A stretch of DNA of 64,000 nucleotides from the NCBI RefSeq assembly GCF_009914755.1, contig NC_060930.1. One strand, 5' to 3'. The DNA is from the human T2T-CHM13v2.0 reference genome, Homo sapiens. Numbering within the stretch: position 1 is the first letter of the stretch; the number at the start of each line of letters is the position of its first letter. Shown piece by piece: positions 29,818-44,015 of the stretch. Under the pieces are notes generated by a model, which saw only the letters and a program-made list of their open reading frames with translations, made no database searches and was not told where the DNA came from. The position numbers and the translations under genes are program-made.

Positions 29818-31594
29818 GTCTATATCATATCCTTTCATATGTACAATATTATCCACCATTTTAAAAAGAAAGAATAAGTCCATATATTCATATTATTTAT
29901 TTGTATTTAAAATTATATCCCTCTTTGAACACACAAAAAGACATCAATACAATGTTTACTTTGCTTGTTATTGTTTACAGACTGGGTTACATTTATAATT
30001 TGCCATGATTAGGTATACTGTGGTTTAACTGTAACTTGTTACAGGGGCTTATGTGTCTCTTTGTAATTAAATTTCTGGGTGTACCTTTATACAAGGAATA
30101 AATTACAATATTTGATAGTAGATAGTGTACCTTATACAAGGGGACACTCAGAAATTTTATTTACCAGTTGTATAGCAATAAGAAAACTATATTGGAAAAT
30201 TATGATTTCAACGTTTCCCTCAATTTTGACATCAACGATTACATGGATGTTTTGGACGTAGACCTCCACTTCGAATGCTACTCTTACATCCTTCCTGTTC
30301 TAAGCTGAAGGCTGCCATCCTTAAAAGGCCCTGAGCATTAAGACCCAGGGGCTGAGCTCCAGATGGTGGTGAAAGCACTATTGAGACACGGAGTAGCTCT
30401 CAGCAGAAGTCCTGCATCACAGGATGGCAGGAGGAAAACAGGAATGGATGGAACATAAAATAATGGGTCCTCAGGGAAGACGATCCTCACATGCCTTTCA
30501 GTCTGCCCTCCGAGGCCCTGCCCAGGGCTTGTGAACCTATGAGCCTGATACATTCAGCTTCTTATGTGAATCTGCAATGGGATCCACAATGCATCTCCAC
30601 ACCTGCCCCAGGAATGAAGACAGATGATAACATCCCCTCTGAAATAGAACAGGCAGTGCCTCCCCAAATAGTCAACTGCAGCGATCTTATCCAAATTCCT
30701 TGAAAATGAGGACTGTATTTATAGAAAAGTAGAACTGGCAGGCAGAAACTGTGAAGACACCACCGAGTTATGCTTTTATTTCCTCTTGACAGAAAATCAT
30801 AAGCTGCAGGGGTTGGCCGTGGAAATCTACAATGTGTCAGAATTCCCTTTGTGCTTCTAAGATTTTCTGCACACCTAGGGTCTTGGTTGTTGGTGGGGAG
30901 AAAAAAACATGAAAAACTTTTACTGAGTGTCCACCACATGCCGGAATGTCACCTGGCTCTGGGTATATAGCCATGAGCCAAACCAGACCTAGTCAGTGAC
31001 CTCCTGGCATGCATGATATAATGGAGAAACAGCTGGTCCAATGTTGAAATTATAAAAATAAAGGTAAAGTCTCACCTGTGATAAGGGCAATGAAGGAAAG
31101 GTACTTGGGAGAAGGAGAGGGGGGACTTCACTTAGTCTTGAGAGGTCAGGGAAACTTTCCTAAGGAAGAGAGGTTTGGGCTAGAGTCTGAGGAAAGTGTA
31201 GAAATGTAGAAAATGAGCAGCAGAAAGAGCTTGTGCAAAGGCCCTGTGGTAGAAGAGGAGAGGTGAGCCGTCTAGGAGAGCGAGAAAGACCAGTGGCTGG
31301 AGAATGGAGAGCTGAGTGTCGTGCGGGTTGAGGCTGGAGAGGTAACCAAAGACCAGCTCCCCACTGATTCTGCCTCGTTTAGAGCAAATTCAGGAGTGTG
31401 AGTAGCTGCAGACAGACCAGTGGGAGGCATTATGCAGATGATAGTAGCCTGAACTAATGTCTGGTGGTAGAAAAGGATGGATTTGGGAGATTTTATAAGG
31501 AACAAATGACTTAGTAATGGGTCAAACATGAGAAGGAGAGATAGAAGCAGTGTTGCCTTTGGCATGGAATGTTCCATTTTGACATTTGGGGGCA

Positions 31595-31923
31595 ATATTA
31601 TTTAGTCTTAAAAAAGAAGGAAATCCTACCATTTGTGACAAAATGGGTGAACCTGGAGGGCACCCTGCCAAGTGAAACATACCGGGTACAGATGGACAAA
31701 TGTGGCATAAGCCCACTTCCATGAGGTATCTGAAAAGTCAAGTAGAAGGGTGGTTGCCAGGGGAGGGGGAAATGGGAAGTTGTTTCTTAATGGCCATAAA
31801 AGCTCAGTTATGCAAGATGAATAAGTTCTAGAGATCTACTGTATAATACAGTGCCTCTAATTAACAATCCAGTATTGTGCACTTAAAAATTTAAGATGGT
31901 AGATTTTATGTTAAATGTTCTTA

Positions 31924-31963
<40 letters not shown>

Positions 31964-32135
31964 CCCACAGAGGAACACAAGGGAACTTTTGAAGGTGATG
32001 GATGTGTTTATTACCTTGATTGTGGTGATGATATCATGGTTGTATGCATAGGTCCAAACTCATCTACTTGTATATTTACATATGCAGTTTGCACACAGTT
32101 ATACCTCAATAAAGTTGACAATTTTTAAAATAAAA
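31595..32135 (+). mobile_element. L1MB/L1MC 3' fragments
   Basis: aaaagaaggaaatcctaccatttgtgaca...gatgaataagttctagagatct...ggtgatggatgtgtttattaccttgattgtggtgatg...atacctcaataaagtt. Confidence 0.85.
31925..31960. repeat. (CA)~18 microsatellite
   Basis: Read directly. Confidence 0.97.
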
Positions 32136-33354
32136 AAATGGTTTTAAAGTGTAAAGTTTGACACCCTAATGTTGGTTTATGGTGGTGGCTTTATCTGAGA
32201 TGAGTACTTTGGAAGAGTGACAGGTTTGGGGGTATGATTCCAATTTTAGGTGTGTAGATATGTGTTTGAGTCAACTTTGTGATATCCAGAGTTGGCAGTT
32301 GAATATGTGGAATGAAAAAGAGAGGTCTGGGCTGGCTATGTAAATTTCAGGTCGTTTGCATATATATAATAATTAGAGTGATGACTAGATGTAAGATTGG
32401 CTAGGAAACAAGAACAAAATGGAAAGAAGAGGGCCAAGGACAGTCTTCTAGATGAGGGAAGATTATTGTCCCTAAGACTAGATAGAGGAGGAGGAGCCTG
32501 TAAAGGAGATAGAGAGGCAGTGGCCAGAGAGGTAGGAGGAAAACCAGAAGCCTAAGATGTGGTGGACACCAAGAACAGAAGGCATCCAGGAGGCTACAGT
32601 TAACCGTGTTTAATACCATGAAGTCAAGTGGAAGAAGTACAGAAAAATGTCCATTGACACTAGTGGCTCCACTCAACTAGAGATCATTGGTGACTTAGCA
32701 AGAGCTGCCTGGATGGATTGTTTGGGGCAGATGTCAGATTAGTGTAGAGTGAGAAGTTGGTAGGAGCTGGGGTAAGATGGGGTTAAATTTTTGAGAAGTT
32801 TAGCAGCTAAGTGGGTAAGAGATAGGACAAGATGGGTGATGGAGGAAATCTATGTGTGTCTATAGGGGGTTGTGTGTGTGTCTTCTGATTTGTCACCATT
32901 GTTTTATGATGCACGAGAGATCAATAGGAAAAGCAAATGTGAAAGAGGCAGTAGAAGGAGTTAGAAAATATGAGACAGAAGAGATAGGGGAAGGGTGCTG
33001 AGAAGTGAGGAGTAGGTGGGTTACAAGGCACAGAAAGAAGGGCTAGTATCAGAAAAGGAATGAACTCTACTGCAATCAGAGGGAAGCTGCAGCAGTAGAC
33101 AGAATAATACATTTGGTGATCTCTTCCAATGGTGACTGAGTTTGTCTAGGTAATAAGCGAGGTTATCTCCTAACAGGGAGAGGAGGAGAAGAACGTACAG
33201 GGTGAAGTCCATTCCAGATTGATGATTATGACTCTACATGGTACTGGTGACTTTTTTCATTGGCTTTTGGCTGTCCTGGTACAGCTCATAGTTGGGTCCA
33301 TCCAGAACTGGAGTTTTGCCAGATGAGTAGAAAGAAAAGGAGGACAAGGGAGAT

Positions 33355-33805
33355 TGGGTTAGTTTCCTAAGCTGCTATAACAAATTACTATAAACTTGGT
33401 GGCTTAAAACAACAGAGCTTCTCCTGCAGTTCCAGAAATCTGAAGTCAAGGTGTTGGCAGGGTGGGTTCCTTCTGGAGACTCTGAGGGAGAATCTGTTCA
33501 TGCCTCTCTCCTCCCTGCCAGTGGCCACTGGCAATCCTTGGTGTTCCTTGGCTGGCAGCTGTATAATTTGAATCTCTGCCAGCACCTTCACATGGCATCT
33601 CTCTGTGTCTCAAGTCTCTCTCTTTCTCCTTTTCTCTTATAAGGGTACCAGACATTTGATTTAGGGACCACCTATATATCCAGGATAATCTATTTCAGAT
33701 ATCCTTCAATTTGTTGTATCTGCAAAGACCTTATTTCCAAATAAGATCACATTCATGGGAACCAAGGATTGGGACTTGGATGTATCTTTTAGGGCACACC
33801 GTTTG
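33355..33805 (-). mobile_element. MLT1B/C-like LTR
   Basis: ttagtttcctaagctgctataacaaattac...ggttccttctggagactctgagggagaatctgttcatgcctctct...gaccttatttccaaataag. Confidence 0.88.
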
Positions 33806-35957
33806 GCAGGGGACCCACTGCAGTACTGAATTTTAGATAGGAAAGGAAAGGTCCAGGGGGTTCAGAGGAATTAGAAAAATCAATAAATATTAAGTTCCAA
33901 AGAGGTCAAAGAAGTTTAAATTGGTCAGTGGGAACAATTGCAGAAGCAATACAGAAGATCATGAGCTTATGAGTAAACAGCTGCATTCTTGAATTAGTGG
34001 TTTTTAAGGTGATACAGTTATGGAGACAAGATACAAACTCAAACCATGGGAGTGGACAGCTGAGGTGGAGGAATAAGTTAGGAAACTGGAAATTGCCTTA
34101 TTCAAAACACGGTAAATGATCCTACTTACTAGTAGACTAACAACTATATATCTTATTTGCTGAGTTTTGTGCTGACTTAATTTGCCATTTTCAATCGAGG
34201 AAAAAAAGGAAATTTCCTCTTTGGTTTTTGCATTAAACTAATTTTGAACCGATATTTTCTGGGAAAAATTTTGTTTTTCCTTTTCCAAATTGAGATGTTT
34301 TGGCCCATCATATTTTTAAGCAATAAAGTACTGCAGTTCAATTGATTCATAGAAAATCAAAACCAAAATTTGCTTTTGAATGTTTCGCTCCAGCTATTAG
34401 GAGACCCACCTAATATAGGTAAAGTAGTACGATAATCAGGCAGCAGCTTCAGATACAAATAATTGATTGCTTGTTCATCTTCCATGCAGTTGGGAACCTG
34501 TGAAACATAGCCTTAGTCTGCTTCTGTCAGCTTCACGTAATTGATGATAATGATGAAGGGCTGGGCCGGAAATATGTTGGGAACTCTCCTGATACTCATG
34601 ACAGCATCCAGAAACAGTCTCCTTGCTTTTGCCCTGTATTTTATTTGCAACAGAAGACTGATGTAATAGTATGTATGCACAGGAAAGTCTCAGGTACTCA
34701 GGTGAGCATAGATCTCCAGTCCTCTCCCTAAGACCCCTCTGCCTAATTGTCATTCTGCTATAGGTTCCACTTATCCTGAAATCCCCCAATCAAACAAGGA
34801 CCAGCCCTTAACCCTGGGCTGTTAGCCAACCACTTTGCCTAGTTTCCCGGCTTCCCCTTTCCCACAGGGCTAGATTCTGCTTCCTTTATGTCTTCCATCA
34901 ATTCACCCAGAGTTGCTTATGACTTTAACAACCGCTATGTCCCAGGAATCACTTCCATGGAAGCCCATGTTTCTAGAATTATTCTTCTTTAAATAAAACT
35001 CCTTGGATAGTCAAGGCAGTCTACACTGGATTCTGCCTTTGGACCTGATGGTGATAGGCTTCTGGGCTGTTCTGGAAGAGTCTGTCCCTGGTGTCCAAGA
35101 TGGTTGCCTTCCATGCTAGCCCCAGATTTCTCATTCCTCTATCAGGAAACCCTAGCATGCCGTGTCATTGACAGAGTACATTTGCAATTCTTGGAGTAGA
35201 GAAATAAACCCTTAGTTACATCACATTTTGTCTTGACATCTTTGTAGTGTGGGATGGAAAATTATTGTTGGTAAAGGGAAACATGGCCTCTTATCCAGCA
35301 TAAGACTAGCTATGTCCACCATGAAGACTCTATGGCCCATCACTGGCATAGCTCTTGAGCTGGAAGCTTAAAGCAAAGAGACAAAATTGATAGGTTGAAA
35401 AAATGGATGATTTTGAGTAGGCTCTTACGTGCTTGAAAGATGGAGGGTTACAGGCCTTGCACTCTAACTTAAGTGCTCCCTTGGTGTTCCTATTTCTCAT
35501 TCTAACAGAGTAATATAGTCTACTTGTTCAGAATCTAGGCTGTTGGACTTCTATAAACTATAGGAAATTCATAAAGGATACCAGCTTACCATATTGAATG
35601 TATTTATGTGCCAGATGCTGCCATTGTTCATAAGAAGTCCATACCATTGCAACAGTGAGGACGGACATGGCCCCTACCTCCCAAAGGTTATGTCTTAAAG
35701 GGAAAACAGACAATAAAGCCAGCAATTACAATAAAGCAGAAGTGAAGTGATAAGAGATGCACAGGGGCTTTGAGAGCTTGAAGGAGACAAGCCCAACTGA
35801 GTGGCAAGTTACTGGGAAAGGTTTGCTAGAGAAAGGGATGTTTAACCAAGGGGTTAGCAATGCATGTGAGGAAATCTCTCCTGGTGGGCAGAACAGAATG
35901 TAGGAGAGCCAGGGAAGAGAGGAGAGGTTAACAGTCTACAGCTTAAAAAGAAATTAT

Positions 35958-36259
35958 GTCCAGTCACGGTGACTCATGCCTGTAATCCCAGCACTTTGGG
36001 AGGCCAAAGCGGGAGAATTACTTGAGCCCAGGAGTTTGAGACCAGCCTTGGCAACACAGAAAGAGCCCATTACCACAAAAAAAAAAAAATTAAAAATTAG
36101 CTGAGTGTGATGGCGCATGCCTGTAGTCCCAGCTGCTGGGGAGGCTAAGGTGGGAGGATCACATGAGCCCAGGAGATCAAGGCTGCAGTGAGTCATGTTT
36201 GCACTACTGTACTCCAGCCTGGGCAATGGAGTGAGACCCTGTCTGAAAAAAAAAAAAAA
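35958..36259 (+). mobile_element. Alu (AluJ-type)
   Basis: ttgagcccaggagtttgagaccagcc...gatcaaggctgcagtgag; TSD aaattatg. Confidence 0.95.
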
Positions 36260-36830
36260 TTATGACTTGAAAAGGATTGTTGGGGGAAGGGACAGAGAGT
36301 AGTGAGAGATGAGGCTGAAGACATGGACAAGAATCTGCTCATGAAGGGTCTTATGAGGTATGTTAAGGAGTCTGGGTGTTATCCTAATGCAATAGGAAAT
36401 TATGAGAGGACTTGCATTTTAGAAAGATTATTCTCTATATTATGGGAAAAGCTTGGAGTGGCACCAAGTGGTGTTTACAAGTTTATAATATAACAACTTC
36501 TATAAATATTGTGTTGGTAATGAGAGAAAATTTACTTGTGATAGAATTAAGATGATACCTCATTCCTATCACATCAAATGGAATATTGTGTCCTTATTGA
36601 TTCTGGTAACAAGAAGACTGGTTAGCAGGTGGTTGATTATAATGTTGGGGAGAGAGGGAGATAGCCTAGACTAAAATAGTGACATTAGGAACTGAAGACT
36701 GTGAACAGATCCAAGAGATATTTAGGAGACAGAACGAGCAAGACTTGATTACAGATTGGATGTGGAAGTGGGGAGAAGAATAAAAAACCACTCTTGGATT
36801 TCTCACTGAGCAATTAAATGGATGGAGGTA

Positions 36831-37011
36831 TGTTCTGTGCAGGAGATGCACGAGGGGAGAAGAAAAGACACACACACAATATCTTTAAGGGTAAACAAGC
36901 TTTATCCCACGTAAATGGCAATGCAGATATAATAAGCAAATGATATAATAAGCAAATGGTATAATAAGCAAATTAATATAATAAATTGCAACGGGAAGGG
37001 GAGAAGGGAAA

Positions 37012-37089
<78 letters not shown>

Positions 37090-37493
37090 ATCTATCTATC
37101 CACACTTGCCAGACTATGGAGGATTCACCACCAGACCGGGAAGCAACAGCCTGGGCTCCAGAGTCAGCCGCTTGTCTCTGCACAGATGAGGAGACGTCTC
37201 ATGAAGCTTCAGCGTGGTCTGGGACCCTAGGTCTTTTTGTAACAAGTTGTTTGGCATGAGGCCCAGTCACAAAGGCCCTTTGCGACTGGGCTCAAGGAAC
37301 GCAAAAAGTCAACTTGATTTTTGTGATTGTCTATTGTTTTTCAATAACTAATATATAGGAATAGATTGAAATACAGATTTCTCCAAAACAGTGCTGGATG
37401 AACGCCTCAACTCATCTGTTCCGGGACTTGGTGACCATTGTTTGTGTCCATGTTCAATTGAGTTCAAATTTAATATTTAACTTTTCCTCCACA
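36831..37493 (-). mobile_element. PABL_A solo LTR (ERV1, pseudoautosomal-boundary-like)
   Basis: Reverse complement begins tgtggaggaaaagttaaatattaaatttgaactcaattgaac and ends ...gcacagaaca; carries the internal gatataataagcaaat repeats typical of PABL. Confidence 0.9.
37014..37087. repeat. Pure (AT)37 microsatellite followed by a short (CTAT)n
   Basis: 74 bp uninterrupted, read directly. Confidence 0.98.
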
Positions 37494-39019
37494 TTGTACC
37501 ATTGACTAAGTCAGATACACTGAAGAGGAGCAGATTTGTGAGGGGAAAAGATGAATTTATTTGGGGCCATGCCAGCTTTCATGTGCTTCTGAGACATTCA
37601 GATGGAGGGCTCCTTGGGTATAGATAACTGGGGTCAGGAGAGGTCTAAGAAATGCAGATTGGAAGTCATCAGCACCTGGATGATCATGGAAGCCCTGGGA
37701 TGAAAACTCCAAAGAGAGAAAGTAAAGTGTGAAGCAAAGTCGAGGGTACAGTAACACCCTGAGGGCCACCAGCCTGTGAGTTCTGAACAGAGGCAGCAGA
37801 GCCTACAGAGAAGACAGATGGCCCACTGGAGTTTGGAGGAAAACCAGGAGGGACTGGTGGTCTCGGTGAACCAGAGGAGAGAGTTTCAGAAAGAAGAGTC
37901 CACCCTGGCAGATCTTGACAAGATGGTGTCCGGTGGGCATAGACAACTCATCATTGGTGTCCTTTGGGATTATGACTTTAGGGAAGCCACGTAGCTGGGA
38001 TTTAGATAGCATGTGGTTGAGGAGTAAATGAGAGGAGAGGAGGTAGTCATCTTCTTTTAAGATGTTTGGTTGAGAGGGAAAATGAGAAATATATAGCAAA
38101 CAACAAAAGGGGATGTGAGCTTGAGGGGGATGTTTTTTAAGATTGGTTAGATTGTGTCAAGCTGCAAAATTTGCCTTAACATGGCTGTGGCATTCTCAGG
38201 GAAATTGAAACATCAGCAAAGTGACTGTTAAGCCAAATAAATATATTTGCACACATTTTTCAGCAATGACAATTCTCGTGACTAGGAAAAGCAAACATGC
38301 AAATAATCAGAGCACTAGTTAGCATCTGATTTTAATAAGAAACTATCAAACCAAGTTGAATAGCCTTCAGCATCTGGCCAGATCACATATTCCCTTTGGG
38401 TGAATGATTGGAGCATTTCATTTCTTCTTTAAAAAAAAAAAAAAAAGATCCAGCATAGGTAAGCAGGGAATATTTTTAGTTGTGTATTCATCATGACCCA
38501 CAAAGGGACCATCTAGTGGTTAGAAAGCAAAGCAGACTTAATGGTCCTGTTTTGTTTTTAAAAAATCTCTAACAGGTACAGACTAAAGACTATGGAAATC
38601 TGTTACCTTCTAGGGCTGGATAAAAGATGTAATTGTTTCTTCTCAAAGTGAACTTTATCCAGCACTCTCTGCGTGTAAGTCCAGGCTATAAAATCCTTAA
38701 TAGCATTGACTCTGCTGATATCCTCTTGTCTTCTAGTGTTGAGCAGAGCATCTGGCACAGAATAGGTACCGGATAAGTACATGTTGAACTGAAAGTCAGT
38801 AAGACAGCCAGCCAGATATTAATATATTTTTAAGCTTCTCTGTTTACTAAGATCTGAAAGAGGAGAGGAGGTAGGGTACTTATGGATGCGTAAGATGGAA
38901 GGTCCCCGAGTTTGAAGAATTTGCCATCATTCATGATTGTTTTCCAGTTTTTCATAGTTGTGCACAGGTTAGGCTAAATGACTGCGTGTGTTAAAAGCTC
39001 AGGTTGTTTGGACAGCATT

Positions 39020-39510
39020 ATTGTTTGGGTTATCTATTGCTGTGTTACAAAACCCCCTAAAACATAATGGCTTAAAAACAGCAACCTCTGTATTATCTCT
39101 TATGGCTTGGGGATTGACTGGACTCAGTGAGATTGTTCTTCTGCTGGTCTCTCTTGGGGTCTGTCATGCATTTTCAGGTGGATTGCATTGGAGTCATCTG
39201 GAGGCTCCCTAAGGTGCGAGGAAAGCTGGGCCCCTTTCCCTGTTTATGTTGTCTCAGGGCTTTTCCATGGGGTTTCTTCCTATGGTCTCTCCAGCAGGGA
39301 GCTGAGGGCCCCTAAAAGCACAAAATAAGATGCTTCCATGCCTTTTAAAGGCTTAGGTACAACATTGGCTTAGTATTACAGTCACATTATTCTAATGGTT
39401 AAAGCAAGCCATGGGACCAGCCCAGATTCATTGTTGGGTGGACTAAACAAGGGTGTGGATGCCAGAACAAGGTTCATTGGGGCTTGTCTTTGGAAGCCAG
39501 CTACTACCAT
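39020..39510 (-). mobile_element. MLT1G/H-like LTR
   Basis: gttatctattgctgtgttacaaa...aatggcttaaaaacagc...ggttaaagcaagccatgggaccagcccagattca...ggggcttgtctttggaagccagctactacca. Confidence 0.8.
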
Positions 39511-39545
39511 TGTTCAAAGTGTGGCAAGACAACAGCTGCTCCTTG

Positions 39546-39809
39546 TTTCCTTCTTCCCAGGTAGAATGTGCTTCAACAATGTTACACTGATGACAACAGC
39601 AGGAGCAATCTTCTGTTGTGCTCTGCTCATATTACTATGTCGTATGAAATATACTTGACCCTTTCCTTGCCTTATGGACTTGAATCTTGCATCAGACCCA
39701 TATAGTATTATTAACTTCACTTGACAGGTGAGGAAACTGAAGCTTAGGGAGACTCAATAATTGCCAGTTAGAAATAACAGAGCTGGAATTTGAACTTAGC
39801 CTGCAGTCT
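39546..39809 (+). repeat. Local direct repeat, copy 1 (partner 42146-42416)
   Basis: tttccttcttcccaggtagaatgtgcttcaacaatg...gaacttagcctgcagtct; about 90% identical by eye. Confidence 0.95.
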
Positions 39810-40512
39810 TCTCAAATATATCGCATTTCAGATCCATGAGGGTGGAAATCGATAATTCAGATGCTTTAAAACATAATTCTTCTACACATAACAGTGATAT
39901 TACAAGATGCTTTCCTTTTTTGACGTATCTCTATAAAGAAATGTGAAGGAAGAGAAGCTCATCAATAAAAACTGACACTGGAAGCCATGATACGAGTCTT
40001 TATTGAAAGTCTTTAAAGAGGAAAGTCAAGGTGTAGCATACTCGTCTTTGTATGAACCCCACAGTATCTAGTTCAATGCCATGTACTTGGAGGATGCACT
40101 CTATTTGTTGAATAGCTAAGAAAGAGTAAATTGATACTGGCATGAAACAAACCTTCAGAATCATTCCATTTATGTTTTCAATATAACTATCTCTTTCTGC
40201 TGTATGATATATAGGAACAAAATATGCATTGATTAGGTAATCAGACAGTAATCACACAGGCCTCAGTAGTTGCTAGATTTGGGGCTAGATAGGCACAGAA
40301 ATATTTCTATAAAAAGATACAGGCTTTTTATTGTATGATGTATGTGTGGCTACTTACTTCTAAGATAAGGAGTTTTATGGGAGAGGTGGTATAGACTAGT
40401 GGTTAGGGGTCAAACTCTGGAGCCTGACTGCTGAGTTATCTTGGCCAAGTTTTTTGTGTTTTCTCTGCCTCAGTTCCTTCATCTTTAACATAGGGATAAA
40501 ACTGGCACCTTA

Positions 40513-40844
<332 letters not shown>

Positions 40845-41699
40845 TCAAAAAGAAGTTAACTGATGGGAAGCTCTTAGAATAGTACTTTGCGCTAAGTTTT
40901 ATCTATGATTATTTTTTCTTCTATACATGCATTTGAAAAACACAACAGACATCTAAGAGTAAGGAAAGGTTTATTTCCTATTTTCAGTCTGTGGATGGTG
41001 TATGGATAACTTCATGATTCTGATAAGCTTTTCTTAGATCTAGGCAGTGTTCATTTCAGTGCTGAGTTTAGGAGCCTGCCTTTAGACACGTTGTACAATT
41101 CCACAAAGCTGGAGTTTTGTTCCGTAGTTTCCTGGGTATCAGCAAGTTTCTTCACTAAAGTATTTCCTTTTCTCTGTGAATTTACAATTAAGTGAGCAAA
41201 CACAATGGCCACTGAGGAAGTGCTTTATCCTGTTTCTCCTTTGCTATGTCACGGGCAGAAATATGCACGATAGAGGAAGAGATGTTCTTGGGAGGGAAGG
41301 TGAGCACAGTATCCTTTCGAAAAGCAGAAATTGGTGGCAAGTCAGAAGGCTCGAAAATAGAAGGTACTAAATGGAGCGACCTTCTACTTTACGTTCCAAA
41401 CCTGGGTATTTCCGAGAGTGAAATGGGGTGCTATAACTACTTAGGCTGAACGATAATCTAAACCAGGCCTGAGCTAAGCAAAGCAGGGAGAATATGGTCA
41501 CCCTGTACAAAACCACAGAGACAGATGTGCAGGCCCCGAGGCCAGTGCTGTTTTACAAACAGAAAAGAAGCGCCAGTTAACTTTCAAAAGAAAACAGAAG
41601 GGATTGCTGGACCCCAGAAACAGAGGAACACTAACATGGCCCTCCACTGTCTACCATCTCAGTTAAATTAATTAATGGAGGTTGAGTATCTTTGCTTCT

Positions 41700-42140
41700 G
41701 TACAGAATTGAATTTCTTTGTTCCCAGTCCTCGCACTGTTTCTGCCACCTCTCTTGCACCTCTTCTGCTGAATGTCTTGTCTGGAAATTCTGTCCCAGTG
41801 CCATTTCTTTCACCAATAATTTATTTTCTATTCCTTTAACACTTCTTTTTCTCTCCAAAGTTCTGATGGCTCCCGTCATCAGCTCCCATGCCACCAGGTC
41901 TAGTGCCTCTGCCCCACTTCCAGGCCCTCTAGACCTGCATGACACACACGTCTTACCACTGCCTCTCCTTGGACCAGTCCTGGGAGTCATGCCTGACTCT
42001 CCTGGAGTACTTCTCTTCATGTTCAACATATTGTTCTTTCTTTCTTCCTCGGCTCTGGTTTTCTTTCCATTCTTTCCCTCTCCTTTTCTTCTTGGAACAC
42101 TCATCTATTCCACATAAAGCTTAGATGTCTCCTAAGTTCA
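41700..42140 (+). mobile_element. L2 fragment
   Basis: ctctccaaagttc...gatggctccc; cctgactctcctggagtacttctctt...ctctggttttct...ttagatgtctc. Confidence 0.55.
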
Positions 42141-42145
42141 TTTGA

Positions 42146-42416
42146 TTTCCTTCTTCCCAGGTAGAATGTGCTTCAACAATGTCATATCGGTTGACTGCAG
42201 CAGGAGCAATCTTCTGTTGTGCTCTGCTCATATTACTATGTATTAATAATATGAAATACACGTGACCCTTTCCATGCCTTATGGACTTGAATCTTGCAAC
42301 AGACCTATATAGTATTATTAACTTCATTTGACAAGTGAGGAAACTGAAGCTTAGGGAGACTCAATAATTGCCAGTTAGAAATGACCAAGTTGGAATTTGA
42401 ACTTAGCCTGTAGTCT
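42146..42416 (+). repeat. Local direct repeat, copy 2 (partner 39546-39809)
   Basis: Same sequence as copy 1, offset 2600 bp. Confidence 0.95.
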
Positions 42417-43622
42417 AAGGCTACAGTGCTGGTGTCTGACTCCATGGTCGCACTGGACTCAGATCTCTGTTGGCAAGTCCAACTTCTGCCCTGAGACCAG
42501 CCCTCTGCAGAACTTCAAATAAGTATGTGTACACCAAATGCCTCATTTTCACCCTAGCAGGCTTCCCCTCCAATAGCACCCTGACTCTATGAAATGATTA
42601 TCATTGCCTTTGAGGACACTTCTGAATTAAGCCTCAATTTCATTTCCTTATCTAGTCGAATTACAGTTGTGTCCTTTCATTTCTTCACTGTCACTTTAAT
42701 CTAGATATGCATTGGTGTCTTTTGGGTTTCCCCAGAATTCTTTGACCTTTTCCCTTTGACTTTTATTCACTAAAAACTTAATAATTATGTTATTAATATA
42801 CATTAGCACTACTAGTAACAATGGTAATAGCTAGTGCTTGAGTGCCCACCTGACAAGTGTGAACTAGCTGCAATCTGGCTCTCAGCGCCCCAGCAGTCCT
42901 CTGAGGCAGTTACTTAGTTATGCCTAATACCTGTTTGATAGGTGAGGGTAAAGAGGCTTAGGAGGGGCCAGTAACTTGCCCAGGGTCACAGGGCTGGTTA
43001 ATGATATAGCCCTAGAGGATTGGAATTGCAAGGCTGTCTCACCCCAAAGTCTTCTGGGCTTTACTTGGAAACATCACAGTTACCCATGACTTGAAAACAT
43101 ACAGAGTGAAAAGGTTAAGATGTATGCATATCTGGGTAGGTAAGTTTTAAACATACTTGAATTCAGAAATCTAATCTCATTAAGACAACAGAAACGATTG
43201 GAAATAGGACTTGGTGATTTTGGTCACTAATTCTGGATTCCCAAGGCAGAGAAAGATACCTATATGATGTATATGAATTTGCCTGCTTAAAAAAAACAAA
43301 ACAAAACAGCAGCAACCAAAAAAAAACAAGGTTTTTGTTGGTTGATTGGTTTTGTTGATGGTGATTTCTTTGTTAAGTTGAAGGAGATAGAGAAATAACA
43401 TTAGGCAATGAATTAATGAGGATTTGGAACTTGTTTGACTAAAACAAATATAAAGTAGCCTTAATAATTAAAAAAAAAAAAGGACTGAATCAAATAGTTC
43501 TGGAAGGTCATGTTTAAAGGTCTTTCTTCTTTTTGTTACCCTGAAGGAGAGTTGGGTGAAGGCAATTTGTGAATATAAAACATGTAGAATATTAATGTCA
43601 TCGCATGAATGAAAGAAAGTTG

Positions 43623-44015
<393 letters not shown>

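Larger units (their letters stand above)
30900..33340 (-). mobile_element. L2, interrupted by L1MB/MC (about 31595-32135)
   Basis: tttactgagtgtccaccacatgcc...gtcagggaaactttcc...tgtgcaaaggccctgtgg...aaaatgtccattga...gatcattggtgactt. Confidence 0.75.
35590..38150 (-). mobile_element. L2 remnants interrupted by an Alu and PABL_A
   Basis: tatttatgtgccagatgctg...gacatggcccctacc; gatccaagagatatttaggag; tggggtcaggagaggtct...gtcatcagca. Confidence 0.7.

Noticed and set aside
36926-36990. 16-bp tandem repeats that could suggest a CRISPR-like or novel array
   Set aside because: No spacers; part of the PABL_A LTR consensus; primate DNA.
41631-42117. Overlapping 157-aa and 141-aa ORFs
   Set aside because: Lie in a pyrimidine-rich L2 remnant and give low-complexity translations.
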